The notes under the pieces: model-generated
What the model was told of the DNA's origin: nothing
The model's input: only the letters and a program-made list of their open reading frames with translations
Database searches by the model: none
Made by a program: the position numbers and the translations under genes
Origin: an uncultured delta proteobacterium
Lineage (GTDB): Bacteria > Myxococcota > Myxococcia > Myxococcales > Anaeromyxobacteraceae
Assembly (NCBI GenBank): GCA_963814585.1
Contig: CAWFDF010000004.1
Location: 160,001-224,000, forward strand
Direction: 5' to 3'
DNA: 64,000 nt
In this document: piece by piece, positions 24,701-37,246 of the stretch
Position numbering within the stretch: the first letter of the stretch is position 1
Layout of the letters: every line of letters begins with the position of its first letter

Positions 24701-25698
24701 TGGAGGCGCCAGGCCGGATCGGCGTTCAGGTCGGGGCCGGCGCGCAGGCCGCGCTCGAGCGCGTGGGTCCCGGCCACCGCGATCATGGCGGCGTTGTCGG
24801 TGCAGAGCCTCACCGCCGGGACGATCACCTGGAGGTCCTCGTACTCCGACGCCTTCTCGAGCGCCGCCGCCCGCAGCCGGCTGTTGGCGGCCACCCCGCC
24901 GGCCAGCACCAGCTGCGGCAGCTGGAAGCGGCGCGCGGCGCGGAAGGCCTTGTGGATCAGCGCCCCCACGATGGCCTCCTGGTAGCTGGCGCAGAGGTCG
25001 GCCAGCCCCGGCCCCTCCGGGACGCCGTGCTTCCTGACGTGGTGGAGCAGCGCCGTCTTCAGGCCGCTGAAGCTGAAGTCCAGGTCGGCGCCCTTGACGA
25101 TGGCGCGCGGGAACCGGACCGCCAGGCGATCGCCGGTGCGGGCCAGCCGGTCGATGGCCACGCCGCCCGGGTAGGGCAGGCCGAGCAGCTTGGCCCCCTT
25201 GTCGAAGGCCTCGCCGGCCGCGTCGTCGCGGGTGGAGCCGAGCAGCTGGTAGTCGCCGAAGCCGCGCGCCACGTAGAGCGAGGTGTGGCCGCCGGAGACC
25301 ACCAGCCCGAGGAAGGGGAACCGGGGCGGGATCTCGCCGAGGAAGGCCGCCAGCAGGTGCCCCTCCAGGTGGTTCACGCCCACCAGCGGCTTCTCCCACG
25401 CCAGCGCCAGGGCCTTGGCCACCTGCACGCCCACCAGCAGCGCCCCCACCAGCCCCGGGCCGCTGGTCACGGCGATGGCGTCGACCGCCGAGGGGCCGCC
25501 GGCCTCCGACAGCGCCTGGTCGACGACCGGCATCACCTGCACCACGTGGTTGCGGCTGGCCAGCTCCGGCACCACGCCGCCCCAGCGGCGATGGATCTCG
25601 ATCTGCGTCGCCACCACGTCGGAGAGGGCGCGCCGCCCGTCTTCCACCACCGCGGCGGCCGTCTCGTCGCAGCTGGTCTCGATGCCCAGGACCCTCAC
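24697..25698 (-). CDS. tsaD: tRNA N6-adenosine threonylcarbamoyltransferase TsaD
   Basis: LGIETSCDET, GGVVPELASRNH, NHLEGH, VSGGHT, DDAAGEAFDK and CTDNAAMIA motifs. Confidence 0.96.
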   Translation of the reverse strand: MRVLGIETSCDETAAAVVEDGRRALSDVVATQIEIHRRWGGVVPELASRNHVVQVMPVVDQALSEAGGPSAVDAIAVTSGPGLVGALLVGVQVAKALALAWEKPLVGVNHLEGHLLAAFLGEIPPRFPFLGLVVSGGHTSLYVARGFGDYQLLGSTRDDAAGEAFDKGAKLLGLPYPGGVAIDRLARTGDRLAVRFPRAIVKGADLDFSFSGLKTALLHHVRKHGVPEGPGLADLCASYQEAIVGALIHKAFRAARRFQLPQLVLAGGVAANSRLRAAALEKASEYEDLQVIVPAVRLCTDNAAMIAVAGTHALERGLRAGPDLNADPAWRLQ

Positions 25699-25705
25699 GG
25701 GATGC

Positions 25706-27928
<2,223 letters not shown>

Positions 27929-28047
27929 TCGGGGAGCCTTTCGGGGTGCGGCCGGGGGCGCTCGACAACCCGCCGATCACGCCGCACAAAGGCCCATGAG
28001 TCAAGGTAACCGCCGCGCCGGGCGAGGGCCCCCGAGGCGACGCGGTG

Positions 28048-29838
28048 CTACCGCCGCCCCTGCCCCCGGCGCGCCTCCAGCAGCCGGAGCTCCCGCACCG
28101 CGTCGGCGTTGCGCGGGTTGGCCGCCACCGCGGCCCGGAACTGCCGCTCCGCCTCGCCTTCGTTCCGTTCCTCGCGCTCCAGCACGCCGGCGACGAAGTG
28201 GACCCGGTCGTTGCCGGGGCGGGCCAGCGCCGCGCTGATGATCGTGCGGGCCCGGGCCAGGTCCCTGCCGGCCGGGTCGACGATGTAGCTCCAGGCCAGC
28301 GCCGCGCGGTGCTCGGGGCGGGGATTGGCCCGCACCGCCGACTCGAGGAAGCCCCGGGCCCGGGCGAAGTCACGGGTCCGCAGGCAGGCCTCGCCCTTCT
28401 GGAAGTCGATCCGGGCCGCCTCGGCCCGCTGGGGGTCGACCGCCCCGCCACCCCGCAGCGCCGCCAGGTGGGCGGCCCGCTGCTTGTCCTCGGAGAGCAC
28501 CTGGTAGGCCTCGTTCACCGCGGTGAAGAAGGTCCGCACCGTGTCCTGCAGGTCGGCCATGGCCGGCCCGGCGAAGAGGTCGGGGTGGAACTGCCGGGCC
28601 AGCGCCAGGAAGGCCCCCTTCACGTCGTCCCGGCCGGCGGTCTCGGGCAGGCCGAGCCTGGCGAAGAAGCTGGCCTCGCCGGCGCGGGGCGCGATCTGGA
28701 GCAGCGCCTTGCGGAGCGCCACGTCGGCCGGGCTGGCGCCCGCGGAGCGGGCCGGACGCTCGGTCGACCCAGGAACCGGCGTCGCGGCGGGGTCGTCGGG
28801 CGACCGGTTGAACGGCCCGACCCCCATGTTCTGCATCGCCCTGGCCAGCAGCCGCTGCCGGCGCGCCCTGGCCTCGGCGGGATCGCTGCGCTTGAGCGGG
28901 ATGGCCGGCGAGTCGGGCGACGCGGACCCGGAGGGCGCCTGCGAGGGGGCCGGCGTCAGCGGCGGCGCCCCCGGGGCCGGACGGCCCGTGGCCTGGTCGG
29001 CGCGTGGCTGGACGGCGGGAGTCCCGGCGGCGCCGCCCCGGTCGCGTTGCCGCTGCGCGGCCGCCACGCCCGCCAGCGTCAGCCCCGCCCCGGTGTCGCC
29101 GGTCACCCGCGGCGACTCGGTCGCGGGCACCGCCAGGCCGAGCAGGAGCAGGCCCGCCAGGATGGCGCGCCCCCGCTCCGGCCCCACCCCGTCCTCGGCG
29201 CCGAAGAAGAACTCGAGCGAGAGGGGGTGCTCCAGCCGGGCCACCAGCTGGCGCTCGAAGCGGTCCCAGCCGAACCCGGGTGCCACCTCGGCATAGCCGG
29301 AGGCCAGGCGAACCCCGCCCAGCGCCACCGGTCGCAGCGCCGAGGTCACCAGCTCGCCCGCCTGGGGCCGCTCCAGCGCGTCGATGATGGAGCGGAGCGG
29401 CGAGATGTGGATGCCCAGCGTCCACTCCGGCACCGGCTGGCTGGCGTCGAAGGCGAAGCGCCCCTCGTCGAGGGCGGCGATGGCGGAGAGGTAGCCGGTC
29501 TGCTGCTCGGAGAGGGCCGCCTCCACGTCCTGGCGCGACACCACCCCCATCTCGACCAGCAGCTCCCCCTGCGGCCGGCGCCGGGTGGCCAGCTCGGCCA
29601 GGCTCCGCGAGAGGGCGTCGACGTCGATCTTGCCCGACTGCAGGAGCAGCAGGCCGAGGGGCCGGAAGCCGGTGGCGACCTGGGCTCCGGCCGGCTGTCC
29701 GGAGCGGAACCAGAGGCGCGAGGTCCCGCCGCCGTGGGCCACCTCCAGCACGCCGTCGGCGCGCTGGTTGAGCAGCTCGAGCAGGAGCGCCGCCAGCGGC
29801 GTGTGGGAGAGATCTCCGGGCTGATCGAGGAGGCCCAT
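28048..29838 (-). CDS. DUF4388-like + DnaJ-domain + TPR protein
   Basis: N-terminal GDLSHTPLAALLLEL...GVLEV, J-domain FFARLGL...LARQFHPD...VNEAYQVLS and TPR helices. Start 29838 chosen; an upstream ATG at 30018 is possible. Confidence 0.78.
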   Translation of the reverse strand: MGLLDQPGDLSHTPLAALLLELLNQRADGVLEVAHGGGTSRLWFRSGQPAGAQVATGFRPLGLLLLQSGKIDVDALSRSLAELATRRRPQGELLVEMGVVSRQDVEAALSEQQTGYLSAIAALDEGRFAFDASQPVPEWTLGIHISPLRSIIDALERPQAGELVTSALRPVALGGVRLASGYAEVAPGFGWDRFERQLVARLEHPLSLEFFFGAEDGVGPERGRAILAGLLLLGLAVPATESPRVTGDTGAGLTLAGVAAAQRQRDRGGAAGTPAVQPRADQATGRPAPGAPPLTPAPSQAPSGSASPDSPAIPLKRSDPAEARARRQRLLARAMQNMGVGPFNRSPDDPAATPVPGSTERPARSAGASPADVALRKALLQIAPRAGEASFFARLGLPETAGRDDVKGAFLALARQFHPDLFAGPAMADLQDTVRTFFTAVNEAYQVLSEDKQRAAHLAALRGGGAVDPQRAEAARIDFQKGEACLRTRDFARARGFLESAVRANPRPEHRAALAWSYIVDPAGRDLARARTIISAALARPGNDRVHFVAGVLEREERNEGEAERQFRAAVAANPRNADAVRELRLLEARRGQGRR

Positions 29839-30134
29839 CAGCCGCCATCCTATATCAGCCTCCGCGGGGATCGTGTGAAACGCAGCGTAGATCGCCACGC
29901 CGACCGCGACCGCGACCACGAGGCCGAGGCTCCGCGGGCCGGGGAGCATGGGGATGGCCACCAGCCTCCCGCGCCGGGCGTCGAGCGGCACCGGTGGCCG
30001 GCCGGGCACGGCCTCCACCGGGCGGCGGCCCGGACGCCGGCGCGCCTCGGCGAGGCCCTCGTCGCCGCGCCCGGCCAGCGGTTTGACCGGGGCTGGAGCC
30101 GCGATTAGTGTCGCCCGACCGTGGGGGTTTTCGC

Positions 30135-30905
30135 ATGCGCATCACCGTGGCCGGCACCACCGACGTCGGGCGGAAGCGGGCTCACAACGAGGACGCCTTC
30201 CTGCTGCTCCCCGAGGAGCAGCTCTACGGCGTGGCCGACGGCATGGGCGGTCACGCCTCCGGCGAGGTGGCCTCGCGCATCGCCGTCGAGGAGCTGGCCG
30301 AGTTCTTCCGGCTGACCGGGCGCGACGAGGAGGCCACCTGGCCCTTCGCCGACGAGCCGGGGCGTCGGCTCGACGAGAACCGGCTGCTCACCGGGGTCCG
30401 GCTCGCCAACCTGCGCATCCTCGAGCGGGCCTCCACCGACGAGCGGCTACGTGGCATGGGCACCACGCTGGTCTGCGCCCACTTCGACAAGGCCGTCGAG
30501 TCGGTGATCATCGCCCACGTCGGCGACAGCCGCGCCTACCTGGTGCGCCAGGGCGCCATCCGCCAGCTCACCGTGGACCACTCCCTCCTCAACGACTACC
30601 TGCGGGCCCGCCAGCTCACGCCGGAGGAGATCGAGAACTTCCCGCACAAGAACGTCATCGTGCGGGCGCTGGGCATGAAGGATCAGGTGGAGGTCGACCT
30701 GCTGCGCGAGCCGCTGCGGCCCGGCGACGTGATCCTGCTCTGCTGCGACGGCCTCTCCGGCATGGTGCCCGACGAGCAGATCGCCGAGCTCATCCGGCAG
30801 CACCAGCGGGACCTGAAGGCGGCGGCCCAGGCGCTGGTGGACGCGGCCAATGCCGCGGGCGGCGTGGACAACATCACCTGCGTGCTGGCGCAGGCGAACG
30901 ACTGA
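30135..30905 (+). CDS. PP2C-family Ser/Thr protein phosphatase (Stp1/PrpC-like)
   Basis: TDVGRKRAHNED, VADGMGGH, GMGTT, HVGDSRAY, CCDGL and GGVDNIT motifs. Confidence 0.93.
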   Translation: MRITVAGTTDVGRKRAHNEDAFLLLPEEQLYGVADGMGGHASGEVASRIAVEELAEFFRLTGRDEEATWPFADEPGRRLDENRLLTGVRLANLRILERASTDERLRGMGTTLVCAHFDKAVESVIIAHVGDSRAYLVRQGAIRQLTVDHSLLNDYLRARQLTPEEIENFPHKNVIVRALGMKDQVEVDLLREPLRPGDVILLCCDGLSGMVPDEQIAELIRQHQRDLKAAAQALVDAANAAGGVDNITCVLAQAND

Positions 30906-30926
30906 GACCCGGGCCAGGAGCGGACC

Positions 30927-31709
30927 ATGAGCGAGGTGGGCTGGTACTACGACGGCGGTGGGCAGCAGGCGGGCCCGGTGGGCCAGGCGGAGCTGGCCGA
31001 GCTGATCCGCTCCGGCCGGATGGCCCCGGGGACGCGGGTCTGGAGGGCGGGCCTGGCGGGCTGGGTCGCGTGGGAGACGGTCCCCGAGCTGGCGTCGCTG
31101 CCCGCCGGTCCACCGCCGCTCTCCTCCTCGCCGGCCGGCACCCCGCCCCTTCCGCCGCCGGGATGGGGCCCGGCCCCCGGCACGCCAGGTCCGGGAGCGC
31201 CTCCCTTCTCCGGCAACAGCTACGCCGCCGACGTGCTCACCGGCGCCGGGGCCGGCGCGCTCTATCCGAAGGCGCCGCTTGGCGCCCGCTTCCTGGCGGC
31301 GCTGGTCGACACCCTGATCACCATGCCGGCCGTCCTGCTCTGGGTCCTCGCGGTGGCGGCCTTCGCCTCGGACGCCACGGCCTTCGGCGTCGTGCTGTCG
31401 ATCGCCGCCGTGGCCGGGAGCATCTGGGCGCTCTACTACGCCTTCACCAAGGACGGCCGGCCCGGCGGCCAGGGCATCGGCAAGAAGATGATGGGGCTGA
31501 TGGTCGTCCACCTCCCGTCGAACCAGCCGTGCACCAGGAGCCAGTCGGCGCTCCGCTACCTGGTGATGTTCCTGCTCAACCTGGTGCCCTACGTCGGCTG
31601 GCTGATCGAGCCCATCGTGCTGCTGGCCGCGGCGGGAGGCCGCCGGCTGGGCGACACGGCCGCCGGGACGCAGGTGATCAAGGTCACCGACTTCAAGCCT
31701 CACCGCTGA
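30927..31709 (+). CDS. GYF_2-domain / RDD-family membrane protein
   Basis: N-terminal WYY...QQAGP...VWRAGL.GW, Pro-rich linker, RFLAALVD, GQGIGKKMMGL and RRLGD..AGT.V. Confidence 0.85.
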   Translation: MSEVGWYYDGGGQQAGPVGQAELAELIRSGRMAPGTRVWRAGLAGWVAWETVPELASLPAGPPPLSSSPAGTPPLPPPGWGPAPGTPGPGAPPFSGNSYAADVLTGAGAGALYPKAPLGARFLAALVDTLITMPAVLLWVLAVAAFASDATAFGVVLSIAAVAGSIWALYYAFTKDGRPGGQGIGKKMMGLMVVHLPSNQPCTRSQSALRYLVMFLLNLVPYVGWLIEPIVLLAAAGGRRLGDTAAGTQVIKVTDFKPHR

Positions 31710-32301
31710 CGCCCGGCGACTGGCCCGGCCCGCCCACCCTCCAGCGGACCCAGAGCCCCGCCACCCACGCCGGCGCCGCCACCTGCAGCGCCCAGCCGAG
31801 CCCGCCGATGGCGCCCCCGATGGCCCGGCACTGCTCCAGCAAGCCCAGGGCGCGGAGCATGTTCCACCAGTCGTGGCCGTCGGCGTCGGCGTTGATCAAC
31901 GGCAGCGCGCGGGCCTGGGCGTCGGCGGCGTACTGGCCCACGTGGACCAGGTTGACGCCGAGCCAGACCACCGCCACGGCGAGCGAGGCAGGCTGCCGCC
32001 GCCGCCAGAAGGCCACCGCCGCCGCCAGCGGCGGCGTGAGCTGCAGCAGCGTGCCGCCGAGGATGGCGAGGAAGCGCCAGCCGAGGAGGCCGAAGAGCGG
32101 GTGGCCGGCCTCGTGCACCACCAGGTCGAAGGCGTGGATGGCCGCGGCCAGGAAGCCGTCGGTCCGCTCGGAGCGGAGGAGGAGCGCCACTCCGGCCAGC
32201 ACCACCGCCACCACCGCGCCGTGCGGAGGTGGGAAGGCGAGGAGCGCCTCGACCCCCCGCCGCGGGAGGCCGGGCATGGGCAGGTTCGCCTCGTCGATCA
32301 T
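31693..32301 (-). CDS. Membrane protein with HExxH motif (peptidase M50B-like)
   Basis: VVHEAGHPLF, LGGTLLQL, Y..DA and HDW motifs with several TM segments. ATG at 32301 with GGAGG upstream. Confidence 0.65.
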   Translation of the reverse strand: MIDEANLPMPGLPRRGVEALLAFPPPHGAVVAVVLAGVALLLRSERTDGFLAAAIHAFDLVVHEAGHPLFGLLGWRFLAILGGTLLQLTPPLAAAVAFWRRRQPASLAVAVVWLGVNLVHVGQYAADAQARALPLINADADGHDWWNMLRALGLLEQCRAIGGAIGGLGWALQVAAPAWVAGLWVRWRVGGPGQSPGVSGEA

Positions 32302-32413
32302 GCCCTCCACACATACGCCCACCGCCCCCAAGGTCGAAGCATTCCTTCCAGGTCCCTGTCCCGGGCCGGACTCCCGCCACACCCCTCCTCGTGGTGAGCC
32401 GCCAGCGGATTCG

Positions 32414-32428
32414 TGGCACGGCCCCCGC
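32414..32428 (+). promoter_or_regulatory. Possible sigma54 promoter upstream of the YqgE/AlgH gene
   Basis: TGGCAC-GGCCC-CCGC keeps the GG-N10-GC spacing, but the -12 element lacks TT. Confidence 0.35.
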
Positions 32429-32471
32429 ATCGAGGGTTGCGCCTGGCCCGTCGCGCGAGAAGATGGGACGC

Positions 32472-33071
32472 ATGGCCCAGTCCACCCCGATCTCCGCGAG
32501 CCTCGCACCCGGGCTGCTGGTCGCCTCGCCGACCCTGGGCGATCCCAACTTCGACGGCTCGGTGATCCTGATGGCGGAGCACCACGCCGAGGGCGCGCTC
32601 GGCTTCGTGGTCAACCGCCCCGGCCCCATCGCCGTGGCCGAGGTGCTGCGCGGCCTCGATCCGGGGCTGGCGGCCGACGCCATCCGCCACGGGCGCGCCG
32701 GCGGCCACGTGCTGGTCGGCGGGCCGGTCCAGCCCGAGCGGCTCTGGATCCTCTACCGGCCCGGCCAGGTCCCGGCCGAGGACGACGCCACCCTGGTGGG
32801 CAGCGGCCTGGCGCTGGGAGGCTCCCGCGAGCTGCTCGAGGCGCTGGTCCGGACCCCGGACGGGGGCCCCTTCCTGCTCCTGCTCGGCTACGCCGGCTGG
32901 GCGCCCATGCAGGTGGAGCACGAGGTGGTCGGGGGCGCCTGGCTCCCGCTGCCGCTCCAGGAGGACCTGGTCTTCGACGTCCCGCACGGCGAGCGCTGGG
33001 ACGAGGCGGTGCGGCGGCTCGGGCTGGAGCCCGGTGGCTTCATGGTGGCGGGTGGCGGCGCGAAGGCCTGA
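32472..33071 (+). CDS. YqgE/AlgH family protein (DUF179)
   Basis: LLVASP.L.DPNF..SV, GALGFVVNRP, GGPV and GYAGW...Q.E.E motifs. Confidence 0.9.
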   Translation: MAQSTPISASLAPGLLVASPTLGDPNFDGSVILMAEHHAEGALGFVVNRPGPIAVAEVLRGLDPGLAADAIRHGRAGGHVLVGGPVQPERLWILYRPGQVPAEDDATLVGSGLALGGSRELLEALVRTPDGGPFLLLLGYAGWAPMQVEHEVVGGAWLPLPLQEDLVFDVPHGERWDEAVRRLGLEPGGFMVAGGGAKA

Positions 33072-33107
33072 CCCGAGGGCCATCACGACGCGCCCCGGCT
33101 GGACCTT

Positions 33108-33288
33108 TAGTGCCCCGACCCAGGCAAGATGCCTACTGCGAGAGCCGATCCTCTCGCTGCGGCAGGCGGCCTCGTCGGTCCGCTGCTCAACGTAGCGCTG
33201 CTACGCTTCCGCTGCTCCCTCCTCGGGCGCCAGCCTCGCTTCGGTCTCGGCTCTCTCGTCACGTCATCTTGCCTGGGTCGGGGCACTA
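33108..33288. mobile_element. MITE-like non-autonomous element, 181 bp, perfect 24-bp terminal inverted repeats
   Basis: TAGTGCCCCGACCCAGGCAAGATG (33108-33131) is the exact reverse complement of 33265-33288. TA at both ends, internal hairpins such as cgtagc-gct-gctacg, and no transposase. Confidence 0.8.
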
Positions 33289-33300
33289 GTCTAGACAGGT
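33286..33300. promoter_or_regulatory. HutC-operator-like site upstream of hutH
   Basis: ctaGTCTAGACAggt with palindromic core GTCTAGAC, similar to the enterobacterial HutC operator CTTGTATAGACAAG, about 20 nt before the hutH ATG. Confidence 0.55.
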
Positions 33301-33321
33301 TGGTCGATCTACGCTGGGCGC

Positions 33322-34845
33322 ATGGTCCTCGTCCCCGGCCGGCTGACCCTCGCCCAGCTGCGCTCGCTCGCACGCGGCCGCCAGCCGGTCACGCTCGACC
33401 CGGCCGCCTGGCCGGTCCTCGAGGCCGGCGCGGCGGCCGTCGAGGCCATCGTCCGCCGCGGCGAGCCGGCCTACGGGATCAACACCGGCTTCGGGCGCCT
33501 CGCCTCCACGCACATCCCCGATTCCCAGCTCGAGCTGCTGCAGCGCAACCTGGTGCTCTCGCACGCCGTCGGCGTGGGCCGGCCGCTGGCGGCGCCGGTG
33601 GTCCGGCTCGTCATCGCGCTCAAGGTGGCCAGCCTGGCGCGCGGCCACTCCGGCGTGCGGCGCGTGGTCGTCGAGGCCCTCCTCAAGCTGCTCGAGGCCG
33701 GGGTGCTCCCGGTCATCCCGGAGAAGGGCTCGGTGGGCGCCTCGGGCGACCTGGCGCCGCTGGCCCACCTCGCCGTGGCGCTGCTCGGCATCGGCGAGGT
33801 CTCCGTCGGCGAGGAGCGGCTGCCGGCCACCGAGGGGCTGAGGCGGGCCGGGCTGTCGCCGCTCACGCTGGCCGCCAAGGAGGGCCTGGCGCTGCTCAAC
33901 GGCACGCAGGTCTCCACCGCGCTGGCGCTCCTCCACCTCTTCGAGATCGAGGACCTGCTGCGGACGGCCCTGGTCTCGGGCGCGCTCTCGGTGGACGCCG
34001 CCGCCGGCTCGGTGAAGCCGTTCGACGCCCGCATCCACGCCCTGCGCGGCCAGCCCGGGCAGATCGAGGCGGCCGCCGCCTACCGGGCGCTGCTGGAGGG
34101 CTCCGAGATCAACGTCAGCCACCGCGACTGCGGCAAGGTGCAGGATCCGTACAGCCTGCGCTGCCAGCCGCAGGTGATGGGGGCCTGCCTCGACCAGGCC
34201 CGCCACGCCGCGGCGGTGCTGGCGCGCGAGGCCAACGGCGTCACCGACAACCCGCTGCTCTTCCCCGACACGCTGGAGGTGCTCTCCGGCGGCAACTTCC
34301 ACGCCGAGCCGGTGGCCTTCGCCGCCGACAACCTGGCGCTGGCGGTGGCCGAGATCGGGGCCCTGGCGGAGCGGCGCATCGCCCTGCTCATCGACGCCAC
34401 GCTCTCCGGCCTGCCGCCGTTCCTGGTCCGGGACGGGGGCGTCAACTCCGGCTTCATGATCGCCCACGTCACCGCCGCGGCGCTGGCCTCGGAGAACAAG
34501 TCCCTGGCCCACCCGGCCTCGGTCGACTCGCTCCCCACCTCGGCCAACCAGGAGGACCACGTCTCCATGGCCACCTTCGCGGCGCGCCGGCTGGGCGACA
34601 TGGCCGACAACACCGCCGGCATCCTCGCCATCGAGCTGCTGGCGGCGGCCCAGGGGGTGGACCTGCGCGCCCCCAGCGCCACCAGCCCGCGGCTGCGCGC
34701 GGTGATGGCGCTGATCAGGGAGCGGGTGGCCCACTACGACCTCGACCACTACTTCGCGCCGGACATCGCCGCCGTCCAGGAGCTGGTGCAGTCGGCGGCG
34801 ATCGCCGCCCACGCGCCGCTGGCGCTGGCCTCCCTGGAGACCTGA
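33322..34845 (+). CDS. hutH: Histidine ammonia-lyase
   Basis: [11 protein letters not shown]-forming [28 protein letters not shown] and [10 protein letters not shown] motifs. Confidence 0.96.
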   Translation: MVLVPGRLTLAQLRSLARGRQPVTLDPAAWPVLEAGAAAVEAIVRRGEPAYGINTGFGRLASTHIPDSQLELLQRNLVLSHAVGVGRPLAAPVVRLVIALKVASLARGHSGVRRVVVEALLKLLEAGVLPVIPEKGSVGASGDLAPLAHLAVALLGIGEVSVGEERLPATEGLRRAGLSPLTLAAKEGLALLNGTQVSTALALLHLFEIEDLLRTALVSGALSVDAAAGSVKPFDARIHALRGQPGQIEAAAAYRALLEGSEINVSHRDCGKVQDPYSLRCQPQVMGACLDQARHAAAVLAREANGVTDNPLLFPDTLEVLSGGNFHAEPVAFAADNLALAVAEIGALAERRIALLIDATLSGLPPFLVRDGGVNSGFMIAHVTAAALASENKSLAHPASVDSLPTSANQEDHVSMATFAARRLGDMADNTAGILAIELLAAAQGVDLRAPSATSPRLRAVMALIRERVAHYDLDHYFAPDIAAVQELVQSAAIAAHAPLALASLET

Positions 34846-35540
34846 TGGAAGTCCCCGCCTACCAGCGCATCAAGGCCTGGCTGCTCTCCCGCATCGAGGC
34901 CGGCGAGTGGCGCGAGGGGGATCGCATCCCCTCCGAGCCCGAGCTGGCGCGCCGCTTCAAGGTGGCGCGCATGACCGTCAACCGCGCGGTGCGCGAGCTG
35001 GCCGGCGCGCACCTGCTGGTCCGCACGCCGGGGAGCGGCACCTTCGTCGCCCCGCCCCGCCACGAGTCGACGCTGGTGGAGATCCGCCCGATCTCCGACG
35101 AGATCCGGCGGCGCGGCGGGAGCCACTCGGCCGAGGTGCGGCGCCTCGACGAGCTCCGGGCCGGCAAGGCCCTGGCCGGGGAGCTGGACCTCGCCGAGGG
35201 CGAGGTGGTCTTCCACTCGGTCGTGCTCCACCGCGCCGACGGCATCCCGGTCCAGGTCGAGGAGCGCTGGGTGGTCCCGGCCGCCGCCCCCGACTACCTG
35301 CGGCAGGACTTCACCGGCACCACGCCCAGCGAGTACCTGATGCGGGTGGCGCCGCTGGCGCGCGTCGACTACCGGATCGAGGCCAGCCAGCCCGACGAGG
35401 CCACCCGCGCCGCGCTGGCCCTGGCCCCTGGCGAGCCCTGCCTGCTGCTCCACCGCCTCACCTTCTCGGGCGGCCGCCCCGCCGGGGTCGCGGACCTCTG
35501 GCACCCGGGCAGCCGTTACCGGCTCACCGGTCACCTGTAG
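34845..35540 (+). CDS. hutC: Histidine utilization repressor HutC (GntR/UTRA)
   Basis: [31 protein letters not shown] and a UTRA domain. TGATG overlap with hutH. Confidence 0.9.
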   Translation: MEVPAYQRIKAWLLSRIEAGEWREGDRIPSEPELARRFKVARMTVNRAVRELAGAHLLVRTPGSGTFVAPPRHESTLVEIRPISDEIRRRGGSHSAEVRRLDELRAGKALAGELDLAEGEVVFHSVVLHRADGIPVQVEERWVVPAAAPDYLRQDFTGTTPSEYLMRVAPLARVDYRIEASQPDEATRAALALAPGEPCLLLHRLTFSGGRPAGVADLWHPGSRYRLTGHL

Positions 35541-35554
35541 GGGGAGGCTCGCCC

Positions 35555-37246
35555 ATGGACCGCCGCCACGATCCCGCCCGCGTCGTCCGCGCGCCTCGCG
35601 GGACCACGCTCGCCTGCCGCGGCTGGCTCACCGAGGCGGCCTTCCGGATGCTGCAGAACAACCTCGATCCCGAGGTGGCCGAGCACCCGCAGTCGCTGGT
35701 GGTCTACGGCGGCATCGGCCGGGCGGCCCGCGACTGGCCGTGCTTCGACGCCATCCTGGCCACCCTGAGGCGACTCGGCGACGACGAGACCCTGCTGGTC
35801 CAGAGCGGCAAGCCGGTGGGCGTCTTCACCACCCACCCCGACGCACCGCGCGTGCTGCTGGCCAGCTCCAACCTGGTGCCGCGCTGGGCCACCTGGGAGC
35901 ACTTCGACGAGCTCGATCGCAAGGGCCTGATGATGTACGGCCAGATGACGGCCGGCTCCTGGATCTACATCGGCAGCCAGGGGATCGTGCAGGGGACCTA
36001 CGAGACCTTCTTCGCGGTCGCCAGCCAGCACTTCGGCGGCCAGCCGGGCGGGCGCTGGATCCTCACCGGCGGCCTCGGTGGCATGGGCGGGGCCCAGCCG
36101 CTCGCCGCCACCATGGCCGGCTTCTCGATGATCGCGGTCGAGTGCGACCCGACCCGGATCGAGCGGCGGCTCGCCACCCGCTACCTCGACCGCCGCGCCG
36201 GCACGCTCGACGAGGCGCTGGCGGCGCTCGCCGGGGCGAAGGCCGCCGGGCGGCCGGTCTCGGTGGGCCTGCTCGGCAATGCCGCCGACGTCTTCGCCGA
36301 GCTGGTGCGGCGCGGGATCACCCCCGACGTCGTCACCGACCAGACCAGCGCCCATGATCCGGTCCGCGGGTACCTGCCGCAGGGCTGGACGCTGGTGCGC
36401 TGGCGCGCCGCCCAGCAGGACGACCCGGCCTCCATCGTCGGGCCGGCCCGGGCCTCGATGGCGGCGCAGGTGCGCGCCATGCTGGAGCTGCAGCGGCGCG
36501 GCGCCGCCACCTTCGACTACGGCAACAACCTGCGCCAGCAGGCCCGGGAGGCCGGCGTGGCCGATGCCTTCGCCTTCCCCGGCTTCGTCCCGGCCTACAT
36601 CCGGCCGCTCTTCTGCCAGGGGCTGGGGCCGTTCCGCTGGGTGGCCCTCTCCGGCGACCCCGAGGACATCCACCGCACCGACGAGAAGGTGAAGGCCCTG
36701 CTCCCCGGCGACCGGCACCTGCACCGCTGGCTCGACCTGGCGCGGGAGCGGATCGCCTTCCAGGGGTTGCCGGCGCGGATCTGCTGGGTGGGGGTGAAGG
36801 ACCGCGTCCGGCTCGGCCTGGCCTTCAACCAGATGGTGGCGAGCGGGGAGCTCGCCGCCCCCATCGTCATCGGCCGCGATCACCTCGACACCGGCTCGGT
36901 GGCCTCGCCCAACCGCGAGACCGAGGCCATGCTCGACGGGTCCGATGCGGTGAGCGACTGGCCGCTGCTCAACGCCCTGCTCAACACCGCGGGGGGCGCC
37001 ACCTGGGTCTCCATCCACCACGGCGGCGGCGTCGGCATGGGCTTCTCGCAGCACGCCGGCATGGTGATCGTCGCCGACGGCACGGAGGCGGCGGCGCGGC
37101 GGCTCGCCCGCGTGCTCTGGAACGACCCGGCCACCGGCGTGATGCGCCACGCCGACGCCGGCTACCCCCTGGCCCTCGAGACGGCGCGCGAGGCCGGGCT
37201 CGACCTCCCCATGCTGGGGCCCGGAAGCACGACCCGGGGACCGTGA
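35555..37246 (+). CDS. hutU: Urocanate hydratase
   Basis: [46 protein letters not shown] and HHGGGVGMG motifs. GGAGG RBS. Confidence 0.96.
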   Translation: MDRRHDPARVVRAPRGTTLACRGWLTEAAFRMLQNNLDPEVAEHPQSLVVYGGIGRAARDWPCFDAILATLRRLGDDETLLVQSGKPVGVFTTHPDAPRVLLASSNLVPRWATWEHFDELDRKGLMMYGQMTAGSWIYIGSQGIVQGTYETFFAVASQHFGGQPGGRWILTGGLGGMGGAQPLAATMAGFSMIAVECDPTRIERRLATRYLDRRAGTLDEALAALAGAKAAGRPVSVGLLGNAADVFAELVRRGITPDVVTDQTSAHDPVRGYLPQGWTLVRWRAAQQDDPASIVGPARASMAAQVRAMLELQRRGAATFDYGNNLRQQAREAGVADAFAFPGFVPAYIRPLFCQGLGPFRWVALSGDPEDIHRTDEKVKALLPGDRHLHRWLDLARERIAFQGLPARICWVGVKDRVRLGLAFNQMVASGELAAPIVIGRDHLDTGSVASPNRETEAMLDGSDAVSDWPLLNALLNTAGGATWVSIHHGGGVGMGFSQHAGMVIVADGTEAAARRLARVLWNDPATGVMRHADAGYPLALETAREAGLDLPMLGPGSTTRGP

